64,000 nucleotides of DNA from an uncultured beta proteobacterium. GTDB lineage: Bacteria; Pseudomonadota; Gammaproteobacteria; Burkholderiales; Burkholderiaceae_F. The position numbers were made by a program, and so were the translations under genes. The notes beneath the pieces are model-generated. The model searched no databases, was not told the origin of the DNA, and saw only the letters and a program-made list of their open reading frames with translations. The first letter of the stretch is position 1. Every line of letters starts with the position of its first letter. Positions 1-10,348 of the stretch are shown here, one piece after another. The DNA lies in assembly GCA_963801035.1 (NCBI GenBank), contig CAWDDF010000010.1, forward strand, positions 212,496 through 276,495. The letters run 5' to 3'.

Positions 1-230
1 TTGACGTATAGCTGCGGAACCGTCGGCCAGCTGGAAAAATCCTTGACGCCTTGCCGCACGTCGTCGTCGTCGAGCACGTTGACGGTGATGAGGTTCTTGA
101 CACCCGACTGCTTGAGCAGCGCAATCGCGCGGCCGGAAAATCCGCACTGCGGAAACTGCGCGGTGCCCTTCATAAACAGCACGACGGGGTTCTCGGACAC
201 GGTTTTCTTGATGAAGTCTGTAGGGTTCAT
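1..230 (-). CDS. grxD: Grx4-family monothiol glutaredoxin (partial, 3' end beyond left edge)
   Basis: Reverse-strand ATG at 230..228. My translation is MNPTDFIKKTVSENPVVLFMKGTAQFPQCGFSGRAIALLKQSGVKNLITVNVLDDDDVRQGVKDFSSWPTVPQLYV, which carries the CGFS active site. The frame stays open to position 1. It is absent from the ORF track because it has no stop inside the window. Confidence 0.85.
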   Translation of the reverse strand, partial: MNPTDFIKKTVSENPVVLFMKGTAQFPQCGFSGRAIALLKQSGVKNLITVNVLDDDDVRQGVKDFSSWPTVPQLYV

Positions 231-291
231 GGCATGCACTCAGATGGGATTTTCCGAGTGTAGCGAGCAGTCAGGACACGTCAAACGAGCG

Positions 292-1129
292 TCAAGCGAG
301 ATGTGCCACCGTCGCGCGGTCAAGTTCGGCGAAGTCGACCATTGTGCGCACATCGCGCCATGTCGCCGGATTGAACAGGGCTCGAACTGCCTCGCCCTGC
401 TCATAGCTGTGTTCGAGCGCCAAAGTGCCAGCCCGGCAGCAGATGCCGCGGCGCGCTTTCGATGATCTGCTGCAGACACGCCAGGCCGTTGCCTCCGGCG
501 ACCAGCGCGGTCTGCGGTTCGAAACGCAGCGCTTGCAGGTGAGAGTCGCCCACGGCCACGTAGGGCGGATTGCTGACGATCAGGTCAAAGCGCTGATCCG
601 AAAGCGCAGAAAACCAGTTTCCTTTACGAAACGAGACGGTGTCCACGCGCCATTTCGCAGCGTTTGCACGCGCGACTTCGAGCGCATCGTGCGAGACGTC
701 AGTCGCGGTTACGTTCCATGTAGGGCGCTCCAGCGCGATGGTGATCGCAATGCAGCCGGAGCCGGTTCCAAGATCGAGCACGCGCGCTCCATCTTTAAGC
801 CCTGTGGCCAGCGCCACCTCTACCAGCAGCTCGGTTTCGGGTCGAGGTATCAGAACGGCCGGGGACACCTCGAACACGCGTCCGTAAAACTCCTTTTCAC
901 CGAGCACATAGGCAAGCGGCTCGCCGCGATGGCACCGATGAACGAGCTGCGCCAGCGCCTGCACGTCGGCCGCAGCAACGGGCAATTCGGGTTGTGCAAT
1001 CAGCCGCTCACGCGTGACGCCGAGCTGGTGCGCCAGCAGTGCACGCGTTTCCAGCCTGGACAGCGGGCTCGCAGCCAACAGCTCGCCGACGCTCTGCGCG
1101 CCGGCGACTGATGCGTCATTGAACGGCAT
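292..1129 (-). CDS. prmC: Release-factor glutamine N5-methyltransferase PrmC/HemK, interrupted by one apparent frameshift near 430-440
   Basis: Track ORF 401..1129 has the SAM-binding stretch [13 protein letters not shown] and the NPPY motif (IVSNPPYV). It ends abnormally at ...[18 protein letters not shown] different frame continues with [46 protein letters not shown] (stop 292..294), which is the expected PrmC C-terminus. The gene sits directly downstream of prfA. Confidence 0.85.
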
Positions 1130-2201
1130 CGCCCAGCGCCGCCAGCAGCTCAGCCTGATGTTCGGCGGCCAGTTTCTCGGTCAGCTCGTCGAGATCGCCG
1201 TCCATGATGGCGTCGATTTTGTACAAGGTCAGGTTGATGCGGTGATCGGTCACCCGTCCTTGCGGAAAGTTGTACGTGCGGATGCGCTCCGAGCGATCGC
1301 CCGATCCGATCAGCGTCTTGCGTGTCGAGGCTTCCTTGGCCTGCTGATCGCGCGTTTGCTGATCCTTGATGCGAGCCGCAAGAATCTTCATCGCGCGCTC
1401 GCGGTTCTTGTGCTGCGATCGGTCGTCCTGGCACTCGACCACGATATTGGTCGGCAAATGCGTGATGCGCACCGCACTCTCGGTTTTGTTGACGTGCTGG
1501 CCACCCGCACCTGAAGCGCGAAAGACATCGATCCGAATCTCGCTTGGATCGATCTTCACATCATCGATCTCGTCGGCCTCGGGCAGCACCGCCACCGTGC
1601 ACGCGGACGTATGAATGCGGCCCTGCGCTTCGGTCACCGGCACGCGCTGTACGCGATGGCCGCCCGATTCGAACTTCAGCTTCGAGTACGCGCCGGTGCC
1701 CACCAGTCGCACGATGACCTCCTTGTAGCCGCCCATGTCGGACGAGCTTTCGGAAATCATCTCGCTCGCCCAGCGATGACGTTCGGCGTAACGCATGTAC
1801 ATGCGCAGCAGGTCCCCGGCAAACAAGCCGGATTCGTCGCCGCCGGTGCCCGCGCGTATCTCGAGAAAGATGTTGCGGTCATCGTTCGGATCTTTCGGCA
1901 ATAGCAGCGATTGGAGTTCACTTTCGAGCGCTGCGATGCGCGTTTTGGAAGAATCGATCTCTTCTTCGGCGAGCGCCTTCATCTCTGGTTCGGACAGCAT
2001 CTGCTGCGCGCTTTGCAAGTCGCTCTCGGCCCGACGGTAGTCGTGAAACCGGCTGACGACGGGCTCGATCTCCGACCGCTCCTGGCCCAGCGCGCGGAAG
2101 CGATTCATATCGCGCGCTGCGTGCTCGTCCGACAAGTGCACGTCGATTTCATCGAGCCGCTTTGCAAGCTGCTCGAGTTTGGTTCGCATCGAGGGTTTCA
2201 T
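1116..2201 (-). CDS. prfA: Peptide chain release factor 1
   Basis: Track ORF 1116..2240. The GGQ motif ([22 protein letters not shown]) and an RF1-type PVT tripeptide ([14 protein letters not shown]) are present. The likely start is the internal ATG at 2201 ([12 protein letters not shown]). Lies in hemA-prfA-prmC gene order. Confidence 0.95.
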   Translation of the reverse strand: MKPSMRTKLEQLAKRLDEIDVHLSDEHAARDMNRFRALGQERSEIEPVVSRFHDYRRAESDLQSAQQMLSEPEMKALAEEEIDSSKTRIAALESELQSLLLPKDPNDDRNIFLEIRAGTGGDESGLFAGDLLRMYMRYAERHRWASEMISESSSDMGGYKEVIVRLVGTGAYSKLKFESGGHRVQRVPVTEAQGRIHTSACTVAVLPEADEIDDVKIDPSEIRIDVFRASGAGGQHVNKTESAVRITHLPTNIVVECQDDRSQHKNRERAMKILAARIKDQQTRDQQAKEASTRKTLIGSGDRSERIRTYNFPQGRVTDHRINLTLYKIDAIMDGDLDELTEKLAAEHQAELLAALGDAVQ

Positions 2202-2257
2202 GGGCCAGATTAGACCGCATGTGCGGCCGACGTCGCACATGCAACGGCTTTGTTCTT

Positions 2258-3532
2258 TTATTCCGAGTAGAAGCGGGCCAGAAGTGCCTGCAGACGCTCA
2301 TGCTCGGCGTCGTCGCCGGCGGCGCGCAGCGCGCTCATTGGGTCGTGCAGGAATTTGTTGGTCAGTGCATGCGACAGCTGCTCGATCACGCGCTCTGGCG
2401 GCTCACCCTTCGCCAGCAGTCTCATCGCGCGCTGCAGCTCGCGCGCGCGCAGCGCGTCGGCGCGGCCGTGCAGATCCTGGATTGTCGGCACGGCGCGGCG
2501 CACGCGAATCCACTCTTCGAAGTCGCGCACCCGAGACTCGATGATGGCCTCGGCTTGTGCGACAGCGGCCTGCCGCGTGTCATTTCCGCTCGCGACTACT
2601 TTGCCGAGATCGTCGACCGTGTGTACGTAGACGTCGTCAAGCCGTGCAACTTCCGGTTCGACGTCGCGCGGTACCGCGAGGTCAACGATGAACATCGGCT
2701 TGTGCCGGCGCGTGCGAATCGCACGCTCGACCATGCCGAGTCCGATGATCGGCAGCAGGCTGGCGGTACAAGACACGACGATGTCGAACTTCGCCATCGC
2801 TTCGGGCAGGTCGCCGAGCTTCATTGACTTGCCATGCAGACGCGTCGCGAGTGCTTCGGCACGGTCGAGTGTCCGGTTTGCCACCGTGATCGACTTCGGC
2901 CGCTGCGCGGCAAAGTGCGTTGCGGTCAGGTCGATCATTTCGCCGGCGCCGACAAACAACACATGGCTTTCGCCGAGCTCACCGAAAATCTTGCGTGCGA
3001 CGCGCACTGCTGCCGCTGCCATCGACACTGACTGTGTTCCGATTTCAGTCGTTGAGCGAACTTCTTTTGCAACGGCGAACGTACGCTGGAACAAATGGTT
3101 CAGCATCAAGCCAAGCCCGCCGGCGCTGCGAGCGAGCTTCTCGGCTTCCTTCATCTGGCCGAGAATCTGCGGCTCACCCAACACCATCGAATCAAGCCCG
3201 CTCGCCACGCGGAACGCGTGCCGTACCGCATTGACATGCGGCAGCACGTACGAATGTCTCTGCAATTCGTCCAGATCCAGCCGGCGCTCGGCGGCGACAA
3301 ACTGGTGTAACGCTTGCTGCGCCACCTCGGGCTCTTCGACCGCGCAGTAGAGCTCGGTCCGATTACAGGTGGAGACGATGGCTGCCTCGCTGACGTTACC
3401 GCCGGCAGGGGCGCTCAAACGCTCGCGCAGTCGGGCAATGGTCGCGCCGACCTCATCGGCCAAGAAGGCCACACGCTCGCGCACAGCCAGCGGCGCGGTG
3501 GTGTGATTGAGCCCGAGAGTAAGGAGCTGCAT
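2258..3532 (-). CDS. hemA: Glutamyl-tRNA reductase
   Basis: 424-aa ORF with a typical HemA N-terminus ([23 protein letters not shown] ... STCNRTELY) and an NADPH Rossmann segment ([12 protein letters not shown]). Located upstream of prfA. Confidence 0.95.
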   Translation of the reverse strand: MQLLTLGLNHTTAPLAVRERVAFLADEVGATIARLRERLSAPAGGNVSEAAIVSTCNRTELYCAVEEPEVAQQALHQFVAAERRLDLDELQRHSYVLPHVNAVRHAFRVASGLDSMVLGEPQILGQMKEAEKLARSAGGLGLMLNHLFQRTFAVAKEVRSTTEIGTQSVSMAAAAVRVARKIFGELGESHVLFVGAGEMIDLTATHFAAQRPKSITVANRTLDRAEALATRLHGKSMKLGDLPEAMAKFDIVVSCTASLLPIIGLGMVERAIRTRRHKPMFIVDLAVPRDVEPEVARLDDVYVHTVDDLGKVVASGNDTRQAAVAQAEAIIESRVRDFEEWIRVRRAVPTIQDLHGRADALRARELQRAMRLLAKGEPPERVIEQLSHALTNKFLHDPMSALRAAGDDAEHERLQALLARFYSE

Positions 3533-3728
3533 CGACGATTGCGCTGGCCGCTATCGCGCGCCGGGATCCTCGTTGGGAACCGGAGAATTATAGGGGCGCA
3601 GCGCTCTGCGGGCTCAATCGAAAGCGATGATGAACCGGGGCTGGCCGCAGTTAATCGGATTACCATGCTGCGGCGCACGCCCTCGTTTTCACGATCTATG
3701 CGCGCGTTAACTCCCTCGGAGCTCAGGT

Positions 3729-4316
3729 TTGGAAAAGACAGCCGTTTTCTTGCCGGTTTTGCTGGGTACCAACCGAAAATTGCGTCGCAGCGTGCACGTT
3801 GCGCACTGGTTGCATGCGGCGATGTCGGCGCGGCCCGATATCGAAACCGAGCTGTTCGACGTTGCAGACTTCGCGCTTCCGCAAGACGACTATGGCCTCG
3901 ACATCAAGCACCAGTTTCCGAAATGGCGCGACACGATCATTCGTGCCGACGGCCTCGTCATCGTCGCACCCGAATACAACCATGGTTACCCCGGTTCGTT
4001 GAAGAGCGTGCTCGATCTGCTGTTGAAGGAGTACGTCCACAAGGCCGTCGCGCTGGTCGGCGTCTCTGCCGGTAGCTGGGGAGGAACGCGGGTCATCGAG
4101 GCGATGGTTCCAATGGTGCGCGAGCTGGGCCTTGCGGTGACATTCACCGACCTGCAGTTTCCGACGGTGCAAAAAAAATTCGACGACACCGGCAAGCTCC
4201 TCGATGAGGCCTACAGCACTCGCGTCCAGGCCTTTCTTGACGAGGCCGTCTGGATGAGCCGAACCTTGAAATGGGGACGCACGAACCTGCCGTCGAAGCA
4301 TCACCCGACGATCTGA
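3729..4316 (+). CDS. NAD(P)H-dependent FMN reductase family protein
   Basis: 195-aa ORF with a TTG start. The motif VIVAPEYNHGYPGSLKSVLDLL is typical of the FMN_red family. Confidence 0.7.
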   Translation: MEKTAVFLPVLLGTNRKLRRSVHVAHWLHAAMSARPDIETELFDVADFALPQDDYGLDIKHQFPKWRDTIIRADGLVIVAPEYNHGYPGSLKSVLDLLLKEYVHKAVALVGVSAGSWGGTRVIEAMVPMVRELGLAVTFTDLQFPTVQKKFDDTGKLLDEAYSTRVQAFLDEAVWMSRTLKWGRTNLPSKHHPTI

Positions 4317-4330
4317 AGGCTACGTAATCC

Positions 4331-4891
4331 ATGGCTTCCACTTCATCCGCCAGACGTGAACGTCGAGCAAAGAGCGCGAAGCCGAACGCAGCCTCCAATC
4401 TAGTTCCCGGGACGCGCCGGGATATCGTGCAGATTGCCAGCGAATGCCGACAGCTTGTCACGCGCCGCGCGTTGATCTCTGCCGGCGCGTCGGTGGTGCC
4501 GATGCCGGGAGTCGATGTTGCGGTCGACATCACCGTGCTGCTGAGGATGATCGAACAGATCAATGAACGCTTCGGGCTGACGCTGGAGCAGATCGAGCAG
4601 CTCGCGCCGCAAAGAAGGCTCTTTGCCTACAAGGCTGCGATGGCCGTCGGCAGCGTGTTGATCGGTCGCATCGTCACGCGCGAGCTCGTCATCAAGGTGC
4701 TGAAAACCGTGGGCGTCAGGCTGAGCGTCAAACAGGCGGCGAAGTACGTTCCATTTGCCGGGCAGGCGGTTGCAGCATCGCTGTCATTCGCCGCGCTGAA
4801 AGCGCTTGGCGACCGGCATGTAGAAGATTGCGTGCGAGTCGCCCAAACGCTGATTGATATTCGCGACGACAGTGTCGTCGCGACGTATTGA
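4331..4891 (+). CDS. Hypothetical protein, DUF697-like (YcjF-type) segment
   Basis: 186-aa ORF. The stretch ISAGASVVPMPGVDVAVDITVLLRMIEQINERFGL resembles the DUF697 core. This is motif-level evidence only. Confidence 0.4.
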   Translation: MASTSSARRERRAKSAKPNAASNLVPGTRRDIVQIASECRQLVTRRALISAGASVVPMPGVDVAVDITVLLRMIEQINERFGLTLEQIEQLAPQRRLFAYKAAMAVGSVLIGRIVTRELVIKVLKTVGVRLSVKQAAKYVPFAGQAVAASLSFAALKALGDRHVEDCVRVAQTLIDIRDDSVVATY

Positions 4892-4894
4892 AAA

Positions 4895-5524
4895 CTAGAT
4901 CACCTTGTCGTTGGCCAGCGTCGCGCTGATCGTCTTCGCAAAGTCCTGAATCGTCTGCTGCATGGATCCGGTCGGTGTCGTCGTCGACGAACCCGACCAG
5001 AGCAGCAGATACTCCTTGGCGTCGAACAGCCGAGTTTCGACGAGCACGTTCTGCACGGTGTAGACGCTGGGCGGAAACGCGTACGCGGCAGACCAGTAGC
5101 TATGGTAGTAGCCGTAGAAACCCGGCCATCCAAACCCCCACGGCGGGCCGGCGACGTATCCCGGCGACACACGCACTTCGTTGGTGACGCTAACCGTGCG
5201 CGAAATCAGTACTGAATCCGCGCCGGCAGCCGCCACGGCCGCTTGTATCTTCTGTTGTTCGGCGGGCCCTTCCTCGGGTACGGACTTATACGACTGCACC
5301 GCCTTGACGCCGCGCGCGCTCAGTTCCGCGACCATTGCGTCTTCGTAGATGCGCCGTGCGGTCGAATCGCGGTTGATGCCCATCACCATGACGCTCTTGA
5401 CCGGCAGACGGTTGCCTGCCTGCGGGTTCACCCACCTTGCGTTCAGTTCGGTGCTGGTTCCGCAACCCGAGAGCGTCATGATGGCTGCCACCACCAATGC
5501 CGCACCTGCCAGTCTTCTGTTCAT
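4895..5524 (-). CDS. Putative lipoprotein
   Basis: The N-terminus MNRRLAGAALVVAAIMTLSGCG has a signal peptide and a lipobox (LSGC). It is the last gene of the co-directional ABC/amidohydrolase cluster. Confidence 0.6.
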   Translation of the reverse strand: MNRRLAGAALVVAAIMTLSGCGTSTELNARWVNPQAGNRLPVKSVMVMGINRDSTARRIYEDAMVAELSARGVKAVQSYKSVPEEGPAEQQKIQAAVAAAGADSVLISRTVSVTNEVRVSPGYVAGPPWGFGWPGFYGYYHSYWSAAYAFPPSVYTVQNVLVETRLFDAKEYLLLWSGSSTTTPTGSMQQTIQDFAKTISATLANDKVI

Positions 5525-5549
5525 GGCTGTCTCCTAACCTTTGACGTGA

Positions 5550-6584
5550 TCACAACGTCGTTTCATAACGTCCCAGGCGCACTTGAGTATTACCAGGCTT
5601 CAGGTGTCGCAACGAAGGCATCACCAGCACGGTGTCGTCATAGGGTGCCACCCAGACTTTCTCGCCATCGCGTGCAATAGGCATGCCGGCTTTCGGAACT
5701 ATTCCAAGCCCTTCGAGCGGCACGACGAACTCAAAGTTCATCGACTGCGCAACTACGGGCTCGGTGACTCGAATGACGCGTTGTTGAGCCGGCGGTTTGA
5801 TCTTCAACTTCGATTTGATTGACTCGAACGGCACGCTGCCGGTGGCTGCGAGAAACCGAAGCGTCGTGTCGACGGCCACGTCGACCGATGACTTTTCCCA
5901 ATGCTGTCCACACTCGATCAACAGAGCCGCACGCGGACTTTCAGGATCGTTGAAGCTGCCGCGGTCGCGCATCCGCACGCCTGCCGGATGGCCGGTGTCG
6001 AGCAGCAGATCGGCCGGCAATCCGACCTTGCGCGCGAGCTCGACATGCTTGTCGACGATGCCGCACACCATGATCGGGCGGCAAGGCTCATGCATCGAGT
6101 GAATGTCGAGTAGATAGTCAGCAGCGTCGACAAACGGCTGCAGTTGGCGCGCCCGGCGCAGCTCCGCAGAGTCGCGAGCGCCGAACAGAACATCATCGCC
6201 CCATACGCGGTTGTAATCCTCGTCGATGTAGCGCGATGCGTCCGGGTCGTCAAAATCGAAACGCGCGTAGGCGTTGACGTTCGCAAACGCCAGCACCAGT
6301 TTGCCGGCGGCCGGCTTGATCCGCTCGCGGAACAGGTAGTCAAGTGCGTAAGCACCGCAAAACTCGTTGCCGTGCGTCAGCGCCTGCACCATGACGGTCG
6401 GGCCGGGGCGGCCTGAGTCGAGCACGTGCACGTAGTCGACTCCCGTGTCGCCCTGCTTGTATTTGGCGATGTCGGGCGGCTGCACCTCGACCGGATGATG
6501 GCCGCTCACAGGTGTGGCGAGGCGTTGAGTGACAGCTTCAGGCACGTCGACCTTCCTTTCCGATGTAGTCCACGATCGCTTCAA
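5550..6584 (-). CDS. Succinylglutamate desuccinylase/aspartoacylase (AstE/AspA) family zinc hydrolase
   Basis: 344-aa ORF with the HGNE zinc-ligand motif (ALTHGNEFCG) and a later IHSMHEP. The start is uncertain because the long ORF overlaps the upstream gene by 47 nt. Confidence 0.75.
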   Translation of the reverse strand: MKRSWTTSERKVDVPEAVTQRLATPVSGHHPVEVQPPDIAKYKQGDTGVDYVHVLDSGRPGPTVMVQALTHGNEFCGAYALDYLFRERIKPAAGKLVLAFANVNAYARFDFDDPDASRYIDEDYNRVWGDDVLFGARDSAELRRARQLQPFVDAADYLLDIHSMHEPCRPIMVCGIVDKHVELARKVGLPADLLLDTGHPAGVRMRDRGSFNDPESPRAALLIECGQHWEKSSVDVAVDTTLRFLAATGSVPFESIKSKLKIKPPAQQRVIRVTEPVVAQSMNFEFVVPLEGLGIVPKAGMPIARDGEKVWVAPYDDTVLVMPSLRHLKPGNTQVRLGRYETTL

Positions 6585-7398
6585 TCAGATTCTGCAGCGC
6601 ACGCTGCAGCTGTGAGAAGCCAGCATGCCGCTCGCGCTTGGCCTCATCCATGTAGAGCCGTTTGTTGATCTCGACCTGCAGGCTATGGCGCCGATCGGCG
6701 GGCTGCGAATAAGCCTTTATCAGCTCGACACCCTTGTACGGGTCATTGACGGTGACCAGGTAGCCCATCGACCCCAACGTGGCACGCACGAACTCGGTGA
6801 ACGCCGGATCGCACGTTGTGCCATCACGATCGCCAAGAACAAAATCCGGGCGCGCCGAGCCGTGCCCTCCTTCCCCCATCTTTCCTGCCACCGAGTTCAT
6901 CGAATGACAGTTGAGGTGATACACCGAGCCAAAGCTCGCATGCGCATCGTCGATCGTGCCTTTGAGAGCTCGATGGTAAGGAGTGTGATGGCGCTCGATT
7001 CTCGCCAGCACTTCATCAACCTTCAGCTTGCGCCCGTAGATGGCGCGACCATCGTCGAGTGTTCTCCATATCAGCGCTTTGCCGATGCGTGCCTTGCCGC
7101 TCGGCACGTGCGCGCGCGGCCATTTGCCGCCTTCGATCAAGTCAAGATCGATGTCGCCCGCATGCCGGTTCGGGTCGAGATACGTGCGCGGCGTCTGTGC
7201 GGCCAGTAAAGAAATGCCGAGCTCGGTCGCCGGCATATACAGCTCGTCGACAAAACAATCTTCACCATCGCGCAGATCGAACTCGGAGACGACCGCATCG
7301 AAGTCCGGTGGAAATTCGAATCCCGAGTGCGGCGAGTCGAGCACCAGCGGTACGCGCGGCTGTTGCGGTCCATACAAGCGGAACGTCGTGTCGTTCAT
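6538..7398 (-). CDS. N-formylglutamate amidohydrolase (HutG-like) family protein
   Basis: Track ORF 6538..7527. Motifs LVLDSPHSGFEFP, NDPYKG and SLQVEINKRLYMDE are present. The preferred start is ATG 7398 (MNDTTFRLYG), which forms an ATGA overlap with the stop of the upstream ATPase gene (7395..7397). Confidence 0.8.
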   Translation of the reverse strand: MNDTTFRLYGPQQPRVPLVLDSPHSGFEFPPDFDAVVSEFDLRDGEDCFVDELYMPATELGISLLAAQTPRTYLDPNRHAGDIDLDLIEGGKWPRAHVPSGKARIGKALIWRTLDDGRAIYGRKLKVDEVLARIERHHTPYHRALKGTIDDAHASFGSVYHLNCHSMNSVAGKMGEGGHGSARPDFVLGDRDGTTCDPAFTEFVRATLGSMGYLVTVNDPYKGVELIKAYSQPADRRHSLQVEINKRLYMDEAKRERHAGFSQLQRALQNLIEAIVDYIGKEGRRA

Positions 7399-8390
7399 TG
7401 CAATGAAACAGTTCTCACATCGTTCAGATGGCACGCCGACCAGCGCGCGGGTGCGATCTCGCGTAAGGCTGGCACTTCGACCGAACAACGCGGCATCGCG
7501 TGCGGGCAGCGCGGATGAAAGTGACATCCCGTCGGGGGTGCCAGCGGCGACGGGATTTCGCCCCTGATCGGAACGAACGCGCGCCGCTTGCGATCAATGC
7601 GCGGCACCTCGGTCAGCAGCGCCTGCGTGTACGGATGGTTGGGCGCCGCAAACAGCGCTTCCGTGGCTGCGATCTCGACGATGCGGCCGAGGTACATCAC
7701 GACCACTCGGTCCGACAGGTGCCGTACCACGCCGAGGTCATGGCTGATGAATAAATACGTCAGCTGAAACTGATCGCGCAGATCCATGAACAGATTCAGC
7801 ACCTGCGCCTGGATCGAGACGTCGAGGGCGGCTACCGCCTCGTCGCAGACGAGAAACTCAGGCTTGACCGCAAGTGCGCGCGCAATGCCGATGCGTGCCC
7901 GCTGCCCGCCCGAAAACTGATGCGGATAGCGTCGCACGTAACCGGGGTCGAGCCCCACCCGCTTCAGCAACTGCGCGACGTAGTCCTCGATCTGCTTCGC
8001 GTCGATCAGTCCGTGCACGCGCGGCGCTTCGCCGATGATCTGCGCGACTCGCATGCGCGGATTCAGCGATGCAAAAGGGTCCTGAAAAATCATCTGGATC
8101 GGGCGCCGGGCGCCGTTGATGTGCGCCACCGGCTCGCCTCGATACCGCACGACACCGTCGCTCGGTGCGTACAGGCCGCAGGCGACGCGGCCTAGCGTCG
8201 ACTTGCCGCAGCCCGATTCGCCGACCAGCCCAACGACTTCACGCTCGTTGACTGTAAAGCTCACTCGATCGACCGCGTGCACTGTGTGCTCGCTGACCTT
8301 TGCGCCCAAGCGTCGGGCGAATTTCTCGATGACGTCGAGGCGCTTCGAGAAGCGCTTTGACACGCTGTCGAACTCAAGCAGTGAGCTCAT
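7395..8390 (-). CDS. Peptide-type ABC transporter ATP-binding protein (DppF/OppF-like)
   Basis: Walker A GESGCGKST, signature FSGGQRARI, Walker B LVCDEAVAALD, and a C-terminal oligopeptide-type tail (PNHPYTQALL ... CHFHPRCP). The reading frame is intact. Confidence 0.9.
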   Translation of the reverse strand: MSSLLEFDSVSKRFSKRLDVIEKFARRLGAKVSEHTVHAVDRVSFTVNEREVVGLVGESGCGKSTLGRVACGLYAPSDGVVRYRGEPVAHINGARRPIQMIFQDPFASLNPRMRVAQIIGEAPRVHGLIDAKQIEDYVAQLLKRVGLDPGYVRRYPHQFSGGQRARIGIARALAVKPEFLVCDEAVAALDVSIQAQVLNLFMDLRDQFQLTYLFISHDLGVVRHLSDRVVVMYLGRIVEIAATEALFAAPNHPYTQALLTEVPRIDRKRRAFVPIRGEIPSPLAPPTGCHFHPRCPHAMPRCSVEVPALREIAPARWSACHLNDVRTVSLQ

Positions 8391-9406
8391 CGACTGTTTC
8401 CGAATACTGCAACGGGAAGTAGCACCGCAGCTCGCGGCCGCCCACCTGCGTCAGCGCCGGCATCACTTCGCATGGTTCCGCTGCACGGGGACAGCGTTGC
8501 CTGAACGCGCATCCCGGCCCGAGCGTAATCAGCGAGGGTGTCGAGCCGCTGATCTGCCGCAGACGCTGACCCGGCGCGGTCGCCGCGGGTACCGAGTCGA
8601 GCAGTCCGCGCGTGTAAGGATGACGCGGCGTCTCCAGTACATCGTCGGCCGCACCGAGCTCGACGATGCGGCCTGCATACATCACCGCGATGCGATCGGC
8701 GAGTCCGGCGACCACCGCCAGGTCGTGCGTGATCCAGATCAGCGCGGTGCCCGACTCGCGCACCAGCTTCTGCATCTCGTACAGGATCTGCCCCTGCACG
8801 GTGACGTCGAGCGCCGTGGTCGGCTCGTCGGCGATGATCAGGTCCGGGCTGTGCAGCAGCGCGATCGCAATCGCCACGCGCTGACGCATGCCGCCCGAGA
8901 ACTGATGCGGATACTGCGCGAGACGTTCGGCAGGCGACGCGATGCCGACACGGCTCAGCGTTGCATTGCCCGCTGGCGCGCCGACTCACGCGATACGTTT
9001 TCATGCGCAAGCACCGTTTCTACCATTTGCGTCTCGATCGACAACACCGGATTCAGCGTCATCATCGGATCCTGGAAGATCATTGCGATGCGCTTGCCGC
9101 GCAGCTGCCGCGCGAGTGCGGGCCGTCCCAGCTAGGCGTCCCGGGGGGCGGACGCGGCGGGGAACCTGCGCCGATCAGCTCGATGCCGTCGAATACGATG
9201 CTGCCGGCCGCGATACGGCCCGGCGGATCGATCAAACCGATGATCGAAAATCCGGTCACCGATTTTCCGGAGCCCGATTCACCGACCAGTCCAAGCACCT
9301 CGCCGCGCTGAAGATCGAACGAAACGTCGGCCACTGCGGGCAGCACGCCGTCGCGTGTCAGAAATTCGGTGCGCAGATTGCGCACTGACAGCAGCGCGGT
9401 CATCAC
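8374..9406 (-). CDS. Peptide-type ABC transporter ATP-binding protein (DppD/OppD-like), interrupted by two apparent frameshifts
   Basis: The N-terminal piece 9080..9406 has Walker A GESGSGKSV. I read a middle piece in a third frame (LGRPALARQLRGKRIAMIFQDPMMTLNPVLSIETQMVETVLAHENVSRESARQRAMQR*). The C-terminal piece 8374..8889 has FSGGMRQRV, IIADEPTTALD and PRHPYTRGLL. The shifts lie near the G6 run at 9143-9148 and near 8955-8965. Confidence 0.8.
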
Positions 9407-9418
9407 GATTGCGAATGC

Positions 9419-10342
9419 TTACCTTGCCAGCCGAGGATTCAAAATGTCGCGCAGCTGATCGCCGACCAGGTTGATCGCGAGGATCGTCAGCAGCAGCGCG
9501 ATGCCCGGATACAGGCTGATCCAGTACTTGCCCGACATCAGCACTTCATAGCCATTCGCGATCAGCAAGCCGAGCGAAGGCTCGGTGGGTGGCAGCCCAA
9601 GGCCGAGAAATGACAGTGTTGCTTCGAGCGCGATCGCATGCGCAACCTGAACCGTGCCGACAACGATAAGCGGCGGCAGCGCATTCGGCAGCAAATGCCG
9701 CATCACAATGCGTGCGCCCGACAGGCCAAGTGATCGTGCTGCCTCGATGTATTCCTTGTTGCGCTCGACCAAAGCCGCCGAGCGTGCGGTGCGCGCGTAA
9801 TACGCCCATTGCACCGTCACCAGCGCGATGATGATCTTGTCGACGCCCTTTGCCGAGTACCGCCAGCAGGATCAGCGCAACCAGGATTGCCGGAAAGCCA
9901 AGCTGAATATCGACAATTCGCATCACCAGTTGCTCGAAACGGCCGCCCAGGTACGCAGCGAGCACGCCGAAGATCGAGCCGATCGTCAGCGCGATCGCGC
10001 CGGATAGCACGCCGACCATCAGCGATACGCGCAGCCCGTAGAAGATCGCTGACAGCATGTCGCGTCCCTGGCCATCGGTGCCGAGCCAGTAGGTCATGCC
10101 ATCAACACTCTTTGTCCCGGCGGCTGTCGCGAATCGAGCAGATCGAGCTTCGTCAGATCGTACGGATTCTGCGGCGCGATCCACGGAGCGAACAGTGCGA
10201 TGGCCACCACTACCAGCAGCATTGCCAGTCCGAACATCGCAATCTTGCTTTCGGCAAACTGCGACGCGAACCGGCGCCATGGCAACTGCGCGCGATCGAC
10301 GGTGTCGATTGCGATGGGGGACTCGATCGGCGCTGCGCTCAT
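9419..10342 (-). CDS. Peptide-type ABC transporter permease (DppC/OppC-like), interrupted by two apparent frameshifts
   Basis: Three collinear pieces are visible. The N-terminal piece is 10094..10342 (…FAPWIAPQNPYDL…). The middle piece lies inside the 9546..10520 frame (MTYWLGTDGQGRDMLSAIFYGLRVSLMVG…). The C-terminal piece is 9419..9820 (…EYIEAARSLGLSGARIVMRHLLPN…). The shifts lie near 10112-10120 and 9846-9848 (aaaggg run). Confidence 0.8.
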
Positions 10343-10348
10343 GCTGAC

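Noticed and set aside
1-465. Plus-strand ORFs 1-465 and 51-263 at the left edge
   Set aside because: They are antisense to the CGFS glutaredoxin reading frame, which is much better supported, and to the 3' end of prmC.
1116-2240. Programmed frameshift as in release-factor genes
   Set aside because: That mechanism belongs to prfB (RF2). This gene is prfA (PVT motif) and is a single uninterrupted frame.
8116-9135. Long plus-strand ORF (339 aa) and similar long ORFs at 20521-21432(-), 28925-30169(-), 48066-49433(+), 51049-52026(-), 54528-55682(-), 61308-62381(+)
   Set aside because: All lie antisense to, or out of frame with, genes that have clear family motifs. Their translations are Arg/Ala/Pro-rich with no recognisable domains, which is typical of shadow ORFs in high-GC DNA.
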